The position numbers were made by a program, and so were the translations under genes. The notes under the pieces were generated by a model. That model saw only the letters and a list, made by a program, of their open reading frames with translations. It made no database searches and was not told where the DNA came from. This document shows, one piece after another, positions 10,631-20,311 of a DNA stretch of 64,000 nucleotides. Each line of letters begins with the position of its first letter. The stretch's first letter is position 1. Source of the stretch: Tolypothrix carrinoi HA7290-LM1 (GTDB lineage: Bacteria; Cyanobacteriota; Cyanobacteriia; Cyanobacteriales; Nostocaceae); NCBI GenBank assembly GCA_019358935.1, contig JAHHIK010000003.1, forward strand, positions 76,461 through 140,460, written 5' to 3'.

Positions 10631-11404
10631 ATGAAATTAATTATCAATCAATCTTCACTCTCGAAAGTTAAGCCAGAATATCAAAAACTGCTTAACGACT
10701 TGCGAGAAAAAGTAGAAAATCGCTTTGGGGTTGACTTGTGTGCTTATTATCTTTTGGGTAGTGTTGGACGTGGAGAAGACCGTCCAGGAATTTCAGACAT
10801 GGATACAGTAGTTATTCTGCGACGTGGTATCACTGATGACGATGAAGCATGGGAAAAAGAAATCAAAGACGAATTTGAGCCACAATATCCTAAACTTGAG
10901 CGTCTTGACATCAGTTCTATGGAAGAAAAAGAATTTGATGACCCAAAAGCAGAACGATTGAGATTTATTTTCAAAACGGATAGTGTGTTGATTTGCGGTC
11001 AAGATATTACAGCCAAATTTTCATCATATCCGCCGGGGTTGGAATTAGCAAAACTTTTGAATAGTAATTACTACAAAGCATTAGAGGAGATACAGAAAGA
11101 TATTATAGAACCAGATGAAGATGACCGAAATAATCCTAAATATGTAATGGAATACGTGCGGTGGTTATCAAAAAAAGTGTTGCGTTTGTGTTTGGGTATT
11201 GTCATGGTAGATGAGCCATTCTACACTAGAAATATGCAGGAAATGACGCAAAAGTTTTCTGAATATTATCCGTTTTACCAACCGCAAGCAGAAACAGCTT
11301 TACGTCAATATGTGGAACCAACTAATAATGTAGCCGAAGCACTTGATTTTATTAACGAAATGAGGGCAACTATATATAAGCTGGCGGATGAAAAGTTAGG
11401 ATAA
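10631..11404 (+). CDS. Pol-beta-like nucleotidyltransferase domain protein
   Basis: GSVGRG...SDMD motif followed by a helical C-terminal region; ATG at 10631 preferred. Confidence 0.7.
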   Translation: MKLIINQSSLSKVKPEYQKLLNDLREKVENRFGVDLCAYYLLGSVGRGEDRPGISDMDTVVILRRGITDDDEAWEKEIKDEFEPQYPKLERLDISSMEEKEFDDPKAERLRFIFKTDSVLICGQDITAKFSSYPPGLELAKLLNSNYYKALEEIQKDIIEPDEDDRNNPKYVMEYVRWLSKKVLRLCLGIVMVDEPFYTRNMQEMTQKFSEYYPFYQPQAETALRQYVEPTNNVAEALDFINEMRATIYKLADEKLG

Positions 11405-11412
11405 AACTGATA

Positions 11413-11877
11413 TTAAACAAGCTTTTTCTCAAAGAAAAGACTCAACCCTTCTGGTTTATAGTCTCCAAATGCAGGAATTCTGTAAAAGCCAAGCTTTTCA
11501 TACAATCCAATAGCTTCTAGTTGATAGATACCTGTTTCTATACGCAGTGTGTAAATATTCGCTTGCTTTGCGGATAGTTCTATCTGATTAAGGATTTTCT
11601 TACCAATTCCTTTACCGCGAAAGGCTGGTTTAATATACATCCGTTTTACTTCAGCATAAAGGGGTGCAAATAACTTTAAAGCGCCACAGCCAACTGGCTC
11701 ATCGTCTAGTTTAGCAAGAAAAACGGTAACAGATTTATTAAGCAAAGCCGGAATATCAAGACCGTGCCTACTCTCAGGAGGATAAAGAGCCGCCAAATGA
11801 TTGTCAAGTTCCGCAATCAATTCTTGAATAGCAGAAGAAGTCGGATTTTCTGGATAAATTAGCAATTTTGGACTCAT
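11413..11877 (-). CDS. GNAT N-acetyltransferase
   Basis: VGCGA, EVKRMYI, RGKGIG and LYEKLGF. Confidence 0.88.
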   Translation of the reverse strand: MSPKLLIYPENPTSSAIQELIAELDNHLAALYPPESRHGLDIPALLNKSVTVFLAKLDDEPVGCGALKLFAPLYAEVKRMYIKPAFRGKGIGKKILNQIELSAKQANIYTLRIETGIYQLEAIGLYEKLGFYRIPAFGDYKPEGLSLFFEKKLV

Positions 11878-11933
11878 AACTAAATAATTCCGCAAAGATA
11901 CGAAACCCAACCTACAATTATTCTTAACTCCTC

Positions 11934-11963
11934 GTACAGACGTTCGGTGTGGAACGTCTCTAC
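11934..11963. repeat. GTAG-type REP palindrome
   Basis: GTACAGACGTTC-GGTGTG-GAACGTCTCTAC; near-identical copies at 16041-16070 and 62895-62924. Confidence 0.8.
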
Positions 11964-11977
11964 CTAATTCCTAACTT

Positions 11978-13243
11978 TTAAAACCGTCCATTTCCCTGCA
12001 CAATATGTTTAACCGTCGTCAAAGTTTCTAAACTAATCAAACCGCGTCGATGACCTTTTTGATTAGACATTCCTAAAAATACTGAGTCTCCCCGCGAGGG
12101 GTTGCGAGAAAAGCGGGGGGAAGCGTTGATGTAGGTAGAAGCGCTGTTGACTCCTAAGGCAAATTGCCGACTTTCCTGATAAGATTCGGTGACAATGCAA
12201 TCGGCATGACCGCTGCTGTATTGATTAATCCAGGCGATCGCTACTTCTAAACTATCCACCAGTTTAAATGCCACTGTCTTAGTTAAATAAGCACTTCCCC
12301 ACTCAGTATCTTTAACTAGCTGCAATTGCGGAAAGGCTTCTATTAATTCGGCATCTGCTTTAATTTCAAAGCCTTTTTCTTTCAAGCTGTTCCACAAAAC
12401 CGCTAAAGATGACGGTAAAGCTTGGCGATGAATTAATACCTTTTCTATGGCGTTTACTGGGTCTGGTTCGCTTTGATAGCTGTCTAAAATCACTCCACGC
12501 ACCATTTCCAAACTGCCATTCAGCGACCAGTAAAGGTAACAGTTGCCCATTCCTGATTTTAACACAGGAACGGTTGACTGTCGCACTACTTGTTGTACTA
12601 AGCTAGAACGTCCGTAGGGAATGACTAAATTTAGGTATTGGTCTAGGGTGACTAAATCCCGAATTGAAGCCCCATGTTCGGCGCTGACTAATTCTAAACA
12701 GCCTGATGGTAAATTAACTTCGGCGATCGCACTTTGCAAGGCATTAGCGATCGCCGCGTTAGAATGACTAGCTTCAGCACCACCTTTGAGAATGATACTG
12801 TTGCCGGTTTTGATGCATAAACCCGCTGCGATCGCTCCTAAATCGGGAAATGCCTCATAAATAAATGCAATCACTCCCAAAGGCATTAACTGCGAGTAAG
12901 TTTGCGAGTCTTCTAGCTGATAGTCGGCGTTTCTCACCCGTCGCAGCGGATCTGGTAATTCCCCCAACCTTTGCAAAATCTCCACTGTGGTTTCTAAGCG
13001 TTGTGGAGTTAGCTTTAGCCAGTCCAAAATCAAGTCTGGCACCGCCATTTCCCGACTTGCTTCTAGATCCAACGTATTTGCCTCTAGAATGTCATCAAAC
13101 GAGCGGTTGAGTGCCTCTGCCATCGCCAACACAGCACGACTGCGATCGGCTCCTCTGGTGATGCCTAATTTGAGGGAAGCTAGATAAGCGCGAAAAGCGC
13201 TTTTCATGGGTTCGGGGCGATCGTCAAAAACTTCAACTGTCAT
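11978..13243 (-). CDS. proA: Gamma-glutamyl phosphate reductase-like protein (cyanobacterial second ProA paralogue)
   Basis: PLGVI..IYE, KTGNSIILKGG, SGHADCIVT and YINASPRF. The usual catalytic CNA motif reads VNA. Confidence 0.75.
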   Translation of the reverse strand: MTVEVFDDRPEPMKSAFRAYLASLKLGITRGADRSRAVLAMAEALNRSFDDILEANTLDLEASREMAVPDLILDWLKLTPQRLETTVEILQRLGELPDPLRRVRNADYQLEDSQTYSQLMPLGVIAFIYEAFPDLGAIAAGLCIKTGNSIILKGGAEASHSNAAIANALQSAIAEVNLPSGCLELVSAEHGASIRDLVTLDQYLNLVIPYGRSSLVQQVVRQSTVPVLKSGMGNCYLYWSLNGSLEMVRGVILDSYQSEPDPVNAIEKVLIHRQALPSSLAVLWNSLKEKGFEIKADAELIEAFPQLQLVKDTEWGSAYLTKTVAFKLVDSLEVAIAWINQYSSGHADCIVTESYQESRQFALGVNSASTYINASPRFSRNPSRGDSVFLGMSNQKGHRRGLISLETLTTVKHIVQGNGRF

Positions 13244-13247
13244 TGAG

Positions 13248-13655
13248 TTAACGTCTGTAGGTTAGCCAGACCATCAGTGCGGGTAAGATAGCCAAAAGCA
13301 CCGCGACCATTGCCCAAACAATAATGCTGGAACCATTTGCTAATCGCAGTGCTAATGGCAGCCATATAATCACTAGCACGAAAATGATACTCAGCGCTAT
13401 GGGCAGATAACTTTCTCCAAACCGAGGATGCACAACATGCCAACTAGAACCTGTCCAGCGCCAAGCTCGCTTGTAGGGATAGGTGGTGGAAAGTTGCTCT
13501 AGCACAATACCATTATCTTGCACTACAAAGATTTGCTGACAGCGATCGCAACCAAAGGCATCTGTCAGCGTAATCGGAATTAAGCGTCCCCGACGACGAC
13601 AGGGACACGGATATTCATTGTTAAAATCTATTTTTTCGGCTTTTTGGGATTGCAC
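13248..13655 (-). CDS. Conserved cyanobacterial membrane protein with Zn-ribbon-like Cys pairs
   Basis: CPC..R and CDRC motifs plus two C-terminal TM segments. GTG at 13655 likely; ORF is open to 13724. Lies 4 nt upstream of the proA-like gene. Confidence 0.7.
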   Translation of the reverse strand: MQSQKAEKIDFNNEYPCPCRRRGRLIPITLTDAFGCDRCQQIFVVQDNGIVLEQLSTTYPYKRAWRWTGSSWHVVHPRFGESYLPIALSIIFVLVIIWLPLALRLANGSSIIVWAMVAVLLAILPALMVWLTYRR

Positions 13656-14484
13656 AACCGACTTAATAACTTGAGCGTGTTTATCAAAATATACGAGAAT
13701 AACTTTCTTTATGGCAAATGCCATAGGGGGTAGCTATTTTCGTAACAACTTTTTATATCAATAGCGTAGGTAGAGAAAACTTGCCACAATTTATCTTAAT
13801 TGATTTGCCTATTTACACAAGTCGGACATCTGACCGGAGGATATCTGGCAGTAAATTTTAAGAAATTCTTTCATTTGTGGCTTTCAAAGTAATGCACGTT
13901 GCCTTTTTGGGACATTTATTGTATGGGGATATCTGGTCTTGTAATGCGATCGCCAAAACTTTGTTCAAGCAACTCAATTGTGGTAGGTGTGAGCAATGTG
14001 CTGTGAATAATCCCTATTGCTTTACCGGGATTTTCTCTTTTATCAGTCAGTTGGTGTTAATGATTGCCCTCAGATATCTTTTACCTAATTTTATTCTCAA
14101 AAGGCGATTTGCACTTTCTAAGAATTTAATTTAACTTTCGTTACCTTTAATTAAGTCTAGTACACCCTATACAAAACATGTTATCTATAATATGACTCTT
14201 GGGCAAGAGCTATCCGCTAAACAGTCAAACCCAGATACGCAGGCTAAAGTTATCTCCGTCAGTGCAGATATGGATAACGTCGCAGACATCAAAAAAATCG
14301 CCATAAGACCTGACACAAGCGAGCAGCGCTATTCGGTATAAATAGTCCAGATAAGACAATATTAAGAATAAGAGACTGGGGAATAATCTTCAACGCATCC
14401 CCAATCTCCTATTACCATACCAATCATTAATCACACTAAACACGAACCATAAACCCCATTTAGGGGTAAGCAGGAGCAAAAGCC

Positions 14485-15435
<951 letters not shown>

Positions 15436-15912
15436 TCAAAGCGATTAGTTACAGCAAAACTTTAACAAAAGCATTGCTATCCATCCATCAACAAAACCTC
15501 AATTGGTTAATAGTCCAAATGTTTAGAGTGGTATTATTAATTCAGATAAATTACGGAAAATATTTCCTTAACTTTTTCCATAACCAAGCGAATTACATTC
15601 CACTCTAAATGTTTGCTACCACGTCCCCAACGCAGGCTGCAAGTTGATACGATAGACGTACTAAGTCGCGCAAAATACAGCGTGCAACACTCGTTACAAA
15701 ACGCGATCGCATCAGTACTTTATCGGCGTTGATTGTACAAAAGCTTTGTTGGACAAGGCTTTTAGCTTAAGAATGCCAACAAGTGCATTCCACATATTGT
15801 CTAGAAGCCTGACTCGTACTCAATCTATATAACGCTTGATTCTCGACTTCACCTTCAGCCGGAATCAAAGCGCCTTCATCTCTCCATTACAAAGAGTTGT
15901 CATGTATTTAAC

Positions 15913-15928
15913 TGTATTTGCCAATACA
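15913..15928. promoter_or_regulatory. Putative NtcA box upstream of nifH
   Basis: TGTA-TTTGCCAA-TACA matches GTA-N8-TAC; on the minus strand a -10-like TGTAAT lies 22 nt downstream. Confidence 0.55.
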
Positions 15929-16040
15929 AAAGGATTAATCTAAATTGCTTTCATTTGGGTTAAGTTGAGTCACACACTGCGTTTGACTGTATCGCAGCCT
16001 GCAAATTCTTACTCAAATAACCTTAATTTCATTAACCCTT

Positions 16041-16175
16041 GTAGAGACGTTCGGTGTGGAACGTCTCTACAATATGTGTGATTTCCCAAACATGATGTAA
16101 TAAACAAACGGAGTGGAAAACAATTATGCGTTGCCCGAAGTACGAGTGTAGGGACAATTCATGAATTGTCCCTAC
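16041..16175. repeat. Two GTAG REP palindromes (16041-16070 and 16148-16175)
   Basis: GTAGAGACGTTC..GAACGTCTCTAC and GTAGGGACAATTCATGAATTGTCCCTAC; the second type recurs at 26410 and 39911. Confidence 0.8.
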
Positions 16176-16201
16176 GAATTTACCAAACATGATATAATAT
16201 G

Positions 16202-17947
16202 TCATTCCAATTTTGTCTTGAAAACTTCAGACACATTCTGCAACAATATCTCGCGCACCGAATCCAAATTATTTGGTTTTGATGACTCAGTTAAAGTTCT
16301 TGTTTTCAACTGATTTGAATCAGAATTTTCGCTCTTTAAAGCTTCGGCTAATTGCTGATAAAGTTCCGGGTTTGTCGCCAAATAAAAAGCTAGTTCTTGT
16401 CCCACCTCTTTTAATCGCTGTGGTAATTCACTTTCTGTTGTTTGCAACAGTTCAGCAAGACTTGCTTGCAGTTTCTTGTTATCTTCAACCACTTGCATAA
16501 AATTAGTTTCTTCTTGACTGTCAAATACTTGCTCCTCAAACAGATGAGCGAAAGTATCGAGTTTTCCGCTGTCTATAGCCGGATGTTGTTCTAAAGCTTG
16601 TGCTGGTGCAATTATTGAGCGAGTAGCATTATCAGGTAATGGTGCTGCAAGGACTTTCTCTGCATTGACAATTCCTGCACCAAATTTATTCGGTTTCCAT
16701 GTAGGAAATTCCTCACAACTATCACGCAAAATTTGATTAAAGATAAAAGGAATCTTTTCAGCTCCATAGCGTTGGATGAGTTGATCTCGTCCATGATATG
16801 ACAACCATAAAGCCGCTATACCCGCGACTTGGGGAGTACATAAAGAAGTGCCGGTACCTGGTTCAACATCATATTCAATTTCACCGTTTTTCTTTTTAGT
16901 TTTTGCACACCAAACTTTATCACAAGGCGCCGTGACATCAACTTGCTGTCCCCTTGCTGAACCCTTCCATATTTCACGTTGTGCATCACAACCAGTAACA
17001 GCAATTACTTCCTCATAAGCAGCGGGCCAAACTACGTAAGGAACAAAGTTACCAGCAGCTGCTACTATAATTAAGCCTCGTTTTTGAGCATAAGTTATCG
17101 CACTTCGCAGCCGTTTGTTAAACAAACCACTACCCAAGCTAATTGAGAGGACATGAGCGCCATTATCTGCTGCATATTCGATCGCTTTAGCTAGATTAAG
17201 TACACTCAGTAGTATAACTGAGTAACAGACTCGCAACGGTATTATTTTTGCGCCCGGAGCTACTCCCGTCATTCCTTTTCCGCTTGGGTAATTGCGTTGT
17301 GCTCCTCTTGGACTACTCATCAAACTAGATGTGTATGTGCCGTGACTTGGAGCGGGTAACAATACCCCTGAAGGTGCTTCGAGTTCGTCTTTAGCGTCTT
17401 GATCGTTCTTGAGAAAATCGTAGCCTTTTTTTATAAGTATATTAGTAATAATTTCCGGATGTTCGGTATAACCTGTATCCGGTAGCCCGATAATAATTCC
17501 GTGCCCTGGTGGTCGATTCGGGTCAGGGAAAAAGCGTGACCATGCCTCAAATACGCGCATCTGTTTGAGACTCCACTCGACATCAGTGTTAAGATTATCT
17601 ATTGAGCGTTCCATGACAACTTCAGGCTCAAGATTGAAGTCTTGGCGATCGCTTAAAGGAACTGCAAACAGTGGCTGTGCATCCACAACTCCTGGTTGAG
17701 AACGCAGATTATAAGACTTATCCCAAGCATCTTTGACTGACAAAACTTCTTTGTTAAGAGTGACTTCAAACTCAGTCGAATTATCACCAATTTGCTTTAC
17801 ATTCCAATCTAAACCAAATGCTTCGGTGACGATTTCCTGGACTCTCTGCTTTTGTCCCGGCATTGCCATCTCTATAAAAAATCCTTCAAACTTAGGACTT
17901 AAGTTATTTGGATTGTGAAGGCGATCGCTAATATCCATAAAATTCAC
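16202..17947 (-). CDS. S8 subtilisin-like serine peptidase
   Basis: Catalytic triad motifs DTG, HGT and GTS; oxyanion motif AAAGN; no signal peptide visible. Confidence 0.88.
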   Translation of the reverse strand: MNFMDISDRLHNPNNLSPKFEGFFIEMAMPGQKQRVQEIVTEAFGLDWNVKQIGDNSTEFEVTLNKEVLSVKDAWDKSYNLRSQPGVVDAQPLFAVPLSDRQDFNLEPEVVMERSIDNLNTDVEWSLKQMRVFEAWSRFFPDPNRPPGHGIIIGLPDTGYTEHPEIITNILIKKGYDFLKNDQDAKDELEAPSGVLLPAPSHGTYTSSLMSSPRGAQRNYPSGKGMTGVAPGAKIIPLRVCYSVILLSVLNLAKAIEYAADNGAHVLSISLGSGLFNKRLRSAITYAQKRGLIIVAAAGNFVPYVVWPAAYEEVIAVTGCDAQREIWKGSARGQQVDVTAPCDKVWCAKTKKKNGEIEYDVEPGTGTSLCTPQVAGIAALWLSYHGRDQLIQRYGAEKIPFIFNQILRDSCEEFPTWKPNKFGAGIVNAEKVLAAPLPDNATRSIIAPAQALEQHPAIDSGKLDTFAHLFEEQVFDSQEETNFMQVVEDNKKLQASLAELLQTTESELPQRLKEVGQELAFYLATNPELYQQLAEALKSENSDSNQLKTRTLTESSKPNNLDSVREILLQNVSEVFKTKLE

Positions 17948-18391
17948 CTCTAGTAAAATAGCAGATACAAGACTTACGTAACTGTTGCAGCACCCACGAG
18001 TTGAAAAAAGACTGGAGAAGTCAGTAGTTCATCTAAGCGTGAGATAACCGCCTATTACATGCTAAAAACATCTGCATTCTAACCGTTTTTAGGTTCTGAT
18101 TTGACAAATTACTACGTATATTTACATTTTGCAAAGTATGTGCATTTAGAAAAAATTAACTTTTACACTGCATAATCTTGCATAATTTATATTGCTAAAA
18201 AAATGTTATAAATCGCTCATCCGTTAACTTAACAATCGGCATTCTACTGAATGCGCTGATAATATTTTTGAGAATGCAAATACAACCCATCAACTGCTAG
18301 AAATATTAATTATTTTTAAAGGTTAATAATTAAATCAAAGTTTGTTGTTAATATTTATGAGTAACATTTTCCTTTATTAGGGTAATAAAAG

Positions 18392-18601
18392 ATGAAAATT
18401 AGCGCACGCAATGCTATCAAAGCTACTGTGAAAAAAATTGAACCAGGCTCTATTAACACTGAAGTAGTATTAGAAATAGCACCTGGAGTAGAAATAACAG
18501 CAATAATTACAAAACATTCAGCAGAGACCCTAGGACTTGCAGAAGGCAAAGAAGCTTATGCAGTAATTAAATCAACCGATGTAATGGTAGCTGTAGAATA
18601 G
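18392..18601 (+). CDS. mop: Molybdate-binding TOBE protein (molbindin)
   Basis: MKISARN...TAIIT..S...L...VIKSTDV, the canonical 69-aa Mop pattern. Confidence 0.92.
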   Translation: MKISARNAIKATVKKIEPGSINTEVVLEIAPGVEITAIITKHSAETLGLAEGKEAYAVIKSTDVMVAVE

Positions 18602-18631
18602 ATATTTAGCGACTAGATCAACAAACGATTT

Positions 18632-18664
18632 AGAAACCCGACTTCTTAAATAAGTCGGGTTTCT
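18632..18664. terminator. Hairpin between convergent genes (terminator or dispersed repeat)
   Basis: AGAAACCCGACTT / AAGTCGGGTTTCT, a 13-bp stem. Confidence 0.5.
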
Positions 18665-18759
18665 GGGCATGGTTGTCACTTTGAGAAAATACAAAATTAA
18701 ATTTTGCTGCCAATATTTCAATTCTTAATTATTAGAAACTCAAAGAAATTAACTCAGCT

Positions 18760-19200
18760 TCAGTCCTTAGCGATCGCAATATCGCTGGACTTAATCAGCG
18801 CATATGCTTCTGTTCCCTCATATAGTTCTAAATCATCTGCTGATGCTGTGGTAATAACCGATGTTAACTCAACGTCGTGAATTACCTTTATCGTCACTTG
18901 ACTGTTAACTTCTCCGCGAATAACTTCTTTTACCACACCTTTAAGAATATTGCGAGAGCTAACTTTTAAAGGTTTCTTTTGAGTACTAATTTCTCTTTTG
19001 GGAGTATCAGCATCTTTCTTCTTTGTTTGCTTGGTTGGTAGTGGTGCTGACGGTGGAGAGGAAAGCGCATTTAAACCCCGCACTAGTTCTCGCAAAATCT
19101 CCGTTTTAGTGCGCTGAGACTGCTGACAGAACTCTTCGAGAATTTTCCGTTCCTCGTCAGATGTTTGAAAAGTGATCCATCCTTGTTCTTTTCTTGGCAT
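18760..19200 (-). CDS. Ribbon-helix-helix + TOBE protein, putative molybdate-responsive regulator
   Basis: N-terminal RHH-like ITFQTSDEERKIL..RTKTEILRELVR; C-terminal TOBE VSSRNILKG...LIKSSDI. Confidence 0.8.
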   Translation of the reverse strand: MPRKEQGWITFQTSDEERKILEEFCQQSQRTKTEILRELVRGLNALSSPPSAPLPTKQTKKKDADTPKREISTQKKPLKVSSRNILKGVVKEVIRGEVNSQVTIKVIHDVELTSVITTASADDLELYEGTEAYALIKSSDIAIAKD

Positions 19201-19204
19201 AGTT

Positions 19205-19253
19205 TTACCAAATTTATTGGTAATTTATCAGTTGTGCTGGTAAGATACTACCA
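19205..19253. promoter_or_regulatory. Two palindromes in the divergent regulator/modA promoter
   Basis: TTACCAA-N5-TTGGTAA (19205-19223) and TGGTA-N6-TACCA (19238-19253). Confidence 0.45.
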
Positions 19254-19291
19254 AGCGTTAATTTTACGCAAAAAGTTTCTTTAATTACAAT

Positions 19292-19691
19292 TTGACCATA
19301 AAAAGCAGACGATTTCTGGCTTTGATTAGCATAATGCTGGCAATTAACTTGCCGCTGCTAACTCCATCTTCTGTACTAGCACAATTTAACAGCACCTTGC
19401 TGGTATCAGTCACAGCGAGTTTAAAAGACGTGATGGAAGAAATTAAGCTGCTTTACCAACAAGCTAAACCCCATGTCAACATTAACTATAATTTTGGGGC
19501 TTGGGCGTGCTTTGTTGCAACAGATTCAGCAGGGGGTGCCAGCGGATGTCTTCATCTGGGAAGCGTCGAAGCAGGTGGATACTTCCAAGCAAGCAGGAAA
19601 GCTAGTTCTGTGGTACTCGCAGCATTTTAGCAAAAAACGGTCTAGTCTTGATAGTGCCAAAGAAAGTTGGCGGTATAACGATTTGATTTGA
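19292..19691 (+). pseudogene. modA: Molybdate ABC substrate-binding protein, frameshifted and truncated
   Basis: Signal peptide, then LLVSVTASLKD..YNFGA; frameshift near 19505; continues ALLQQIQQGVPADVFI, then homology is lost. No modB/modC. Confidence 0.8.
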
Positions 19692-19694
19692 TTG

Positions 19695-19856
19695 CTAGCT
19701 TCTGTCTGCTTCCCAGAATAATAATAAACCACCGATAAAAACCACAAGGAAAGCGACTGGAAATATATTTCCATTTACTATTGCTGAACTAAATACGGCT
19801 GCTATTAAACTGATGCCAAACACGATAATTACCAAACCTAAAGATTTTCTTACCAT
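19695..19856 (-). CDS. Possible 53-aa two-TM small protein
   Basis: Manual translation MVRKSLGLVIIVFGISLIAAVFSSAIVNGNIFPVAFLVVFIGGLLLFWEADRS; below the ORF-track length cutoff. Confidence 0.4.
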   Translation of the reverse strand: MVRKSLGLVIIVFGISLIAAVFSSAIVNGNIFPVAFLVVFIGGLLLFWEADRS

Positions 19857-19915
19857 AGATTTCAAACACCCTTGAAATATTTATGCAAGTTTTAGCTTTT
19901 CAGAAGCTAGCGATA

Positions 19916-20023
19916 TATAGCGGTTCTGGTGTTGGATGCAATACACAACGATACGCACTCTTGGACAATTCATCAATTGTCCCTACGATCCGAATATATT
20001 TGACGCAAGTGAGAACCGCTATA
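19916..20023. mobile_element. MITE with 12-bp terminal inverted repeats and an internal REP remnant
   Basis: TATAGCGGTTCT ... AGAACCGCTATA; internal GGACAATTCATCAATTGTCCCTAC. Confidence 0.7.
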
Positions 20024-20311
20024 ATTAAACCTTCATATTCAGCGTAAACATTATCAAATTGAAATGCTAACATCTAAGCAACCGTCTTAGAGACGTTTTG
20101 TCGGAACGTCTTGACAATATGTGTGATTTGCAGGACATGAGATAATTTTAAAAATACCTGAAATCAGATATAGAACTTTGTATAATTAATGTCTTTATGA
20201 CAAAAAGTCTTCTATAAATTACCAGAGTTTTTAGCTTTCACTATCAGGCAAAAGATTTCTGGCATAAATCTCGATAATTATTATTTAAAACCACAGATGC
20301 ACACAGATAAT

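Noticed and set aside
14192..14341. 49-codon plus-strand ORF downstream of nifH
   Set aside because: No RBS and no recognisable motif; cannot be supported.
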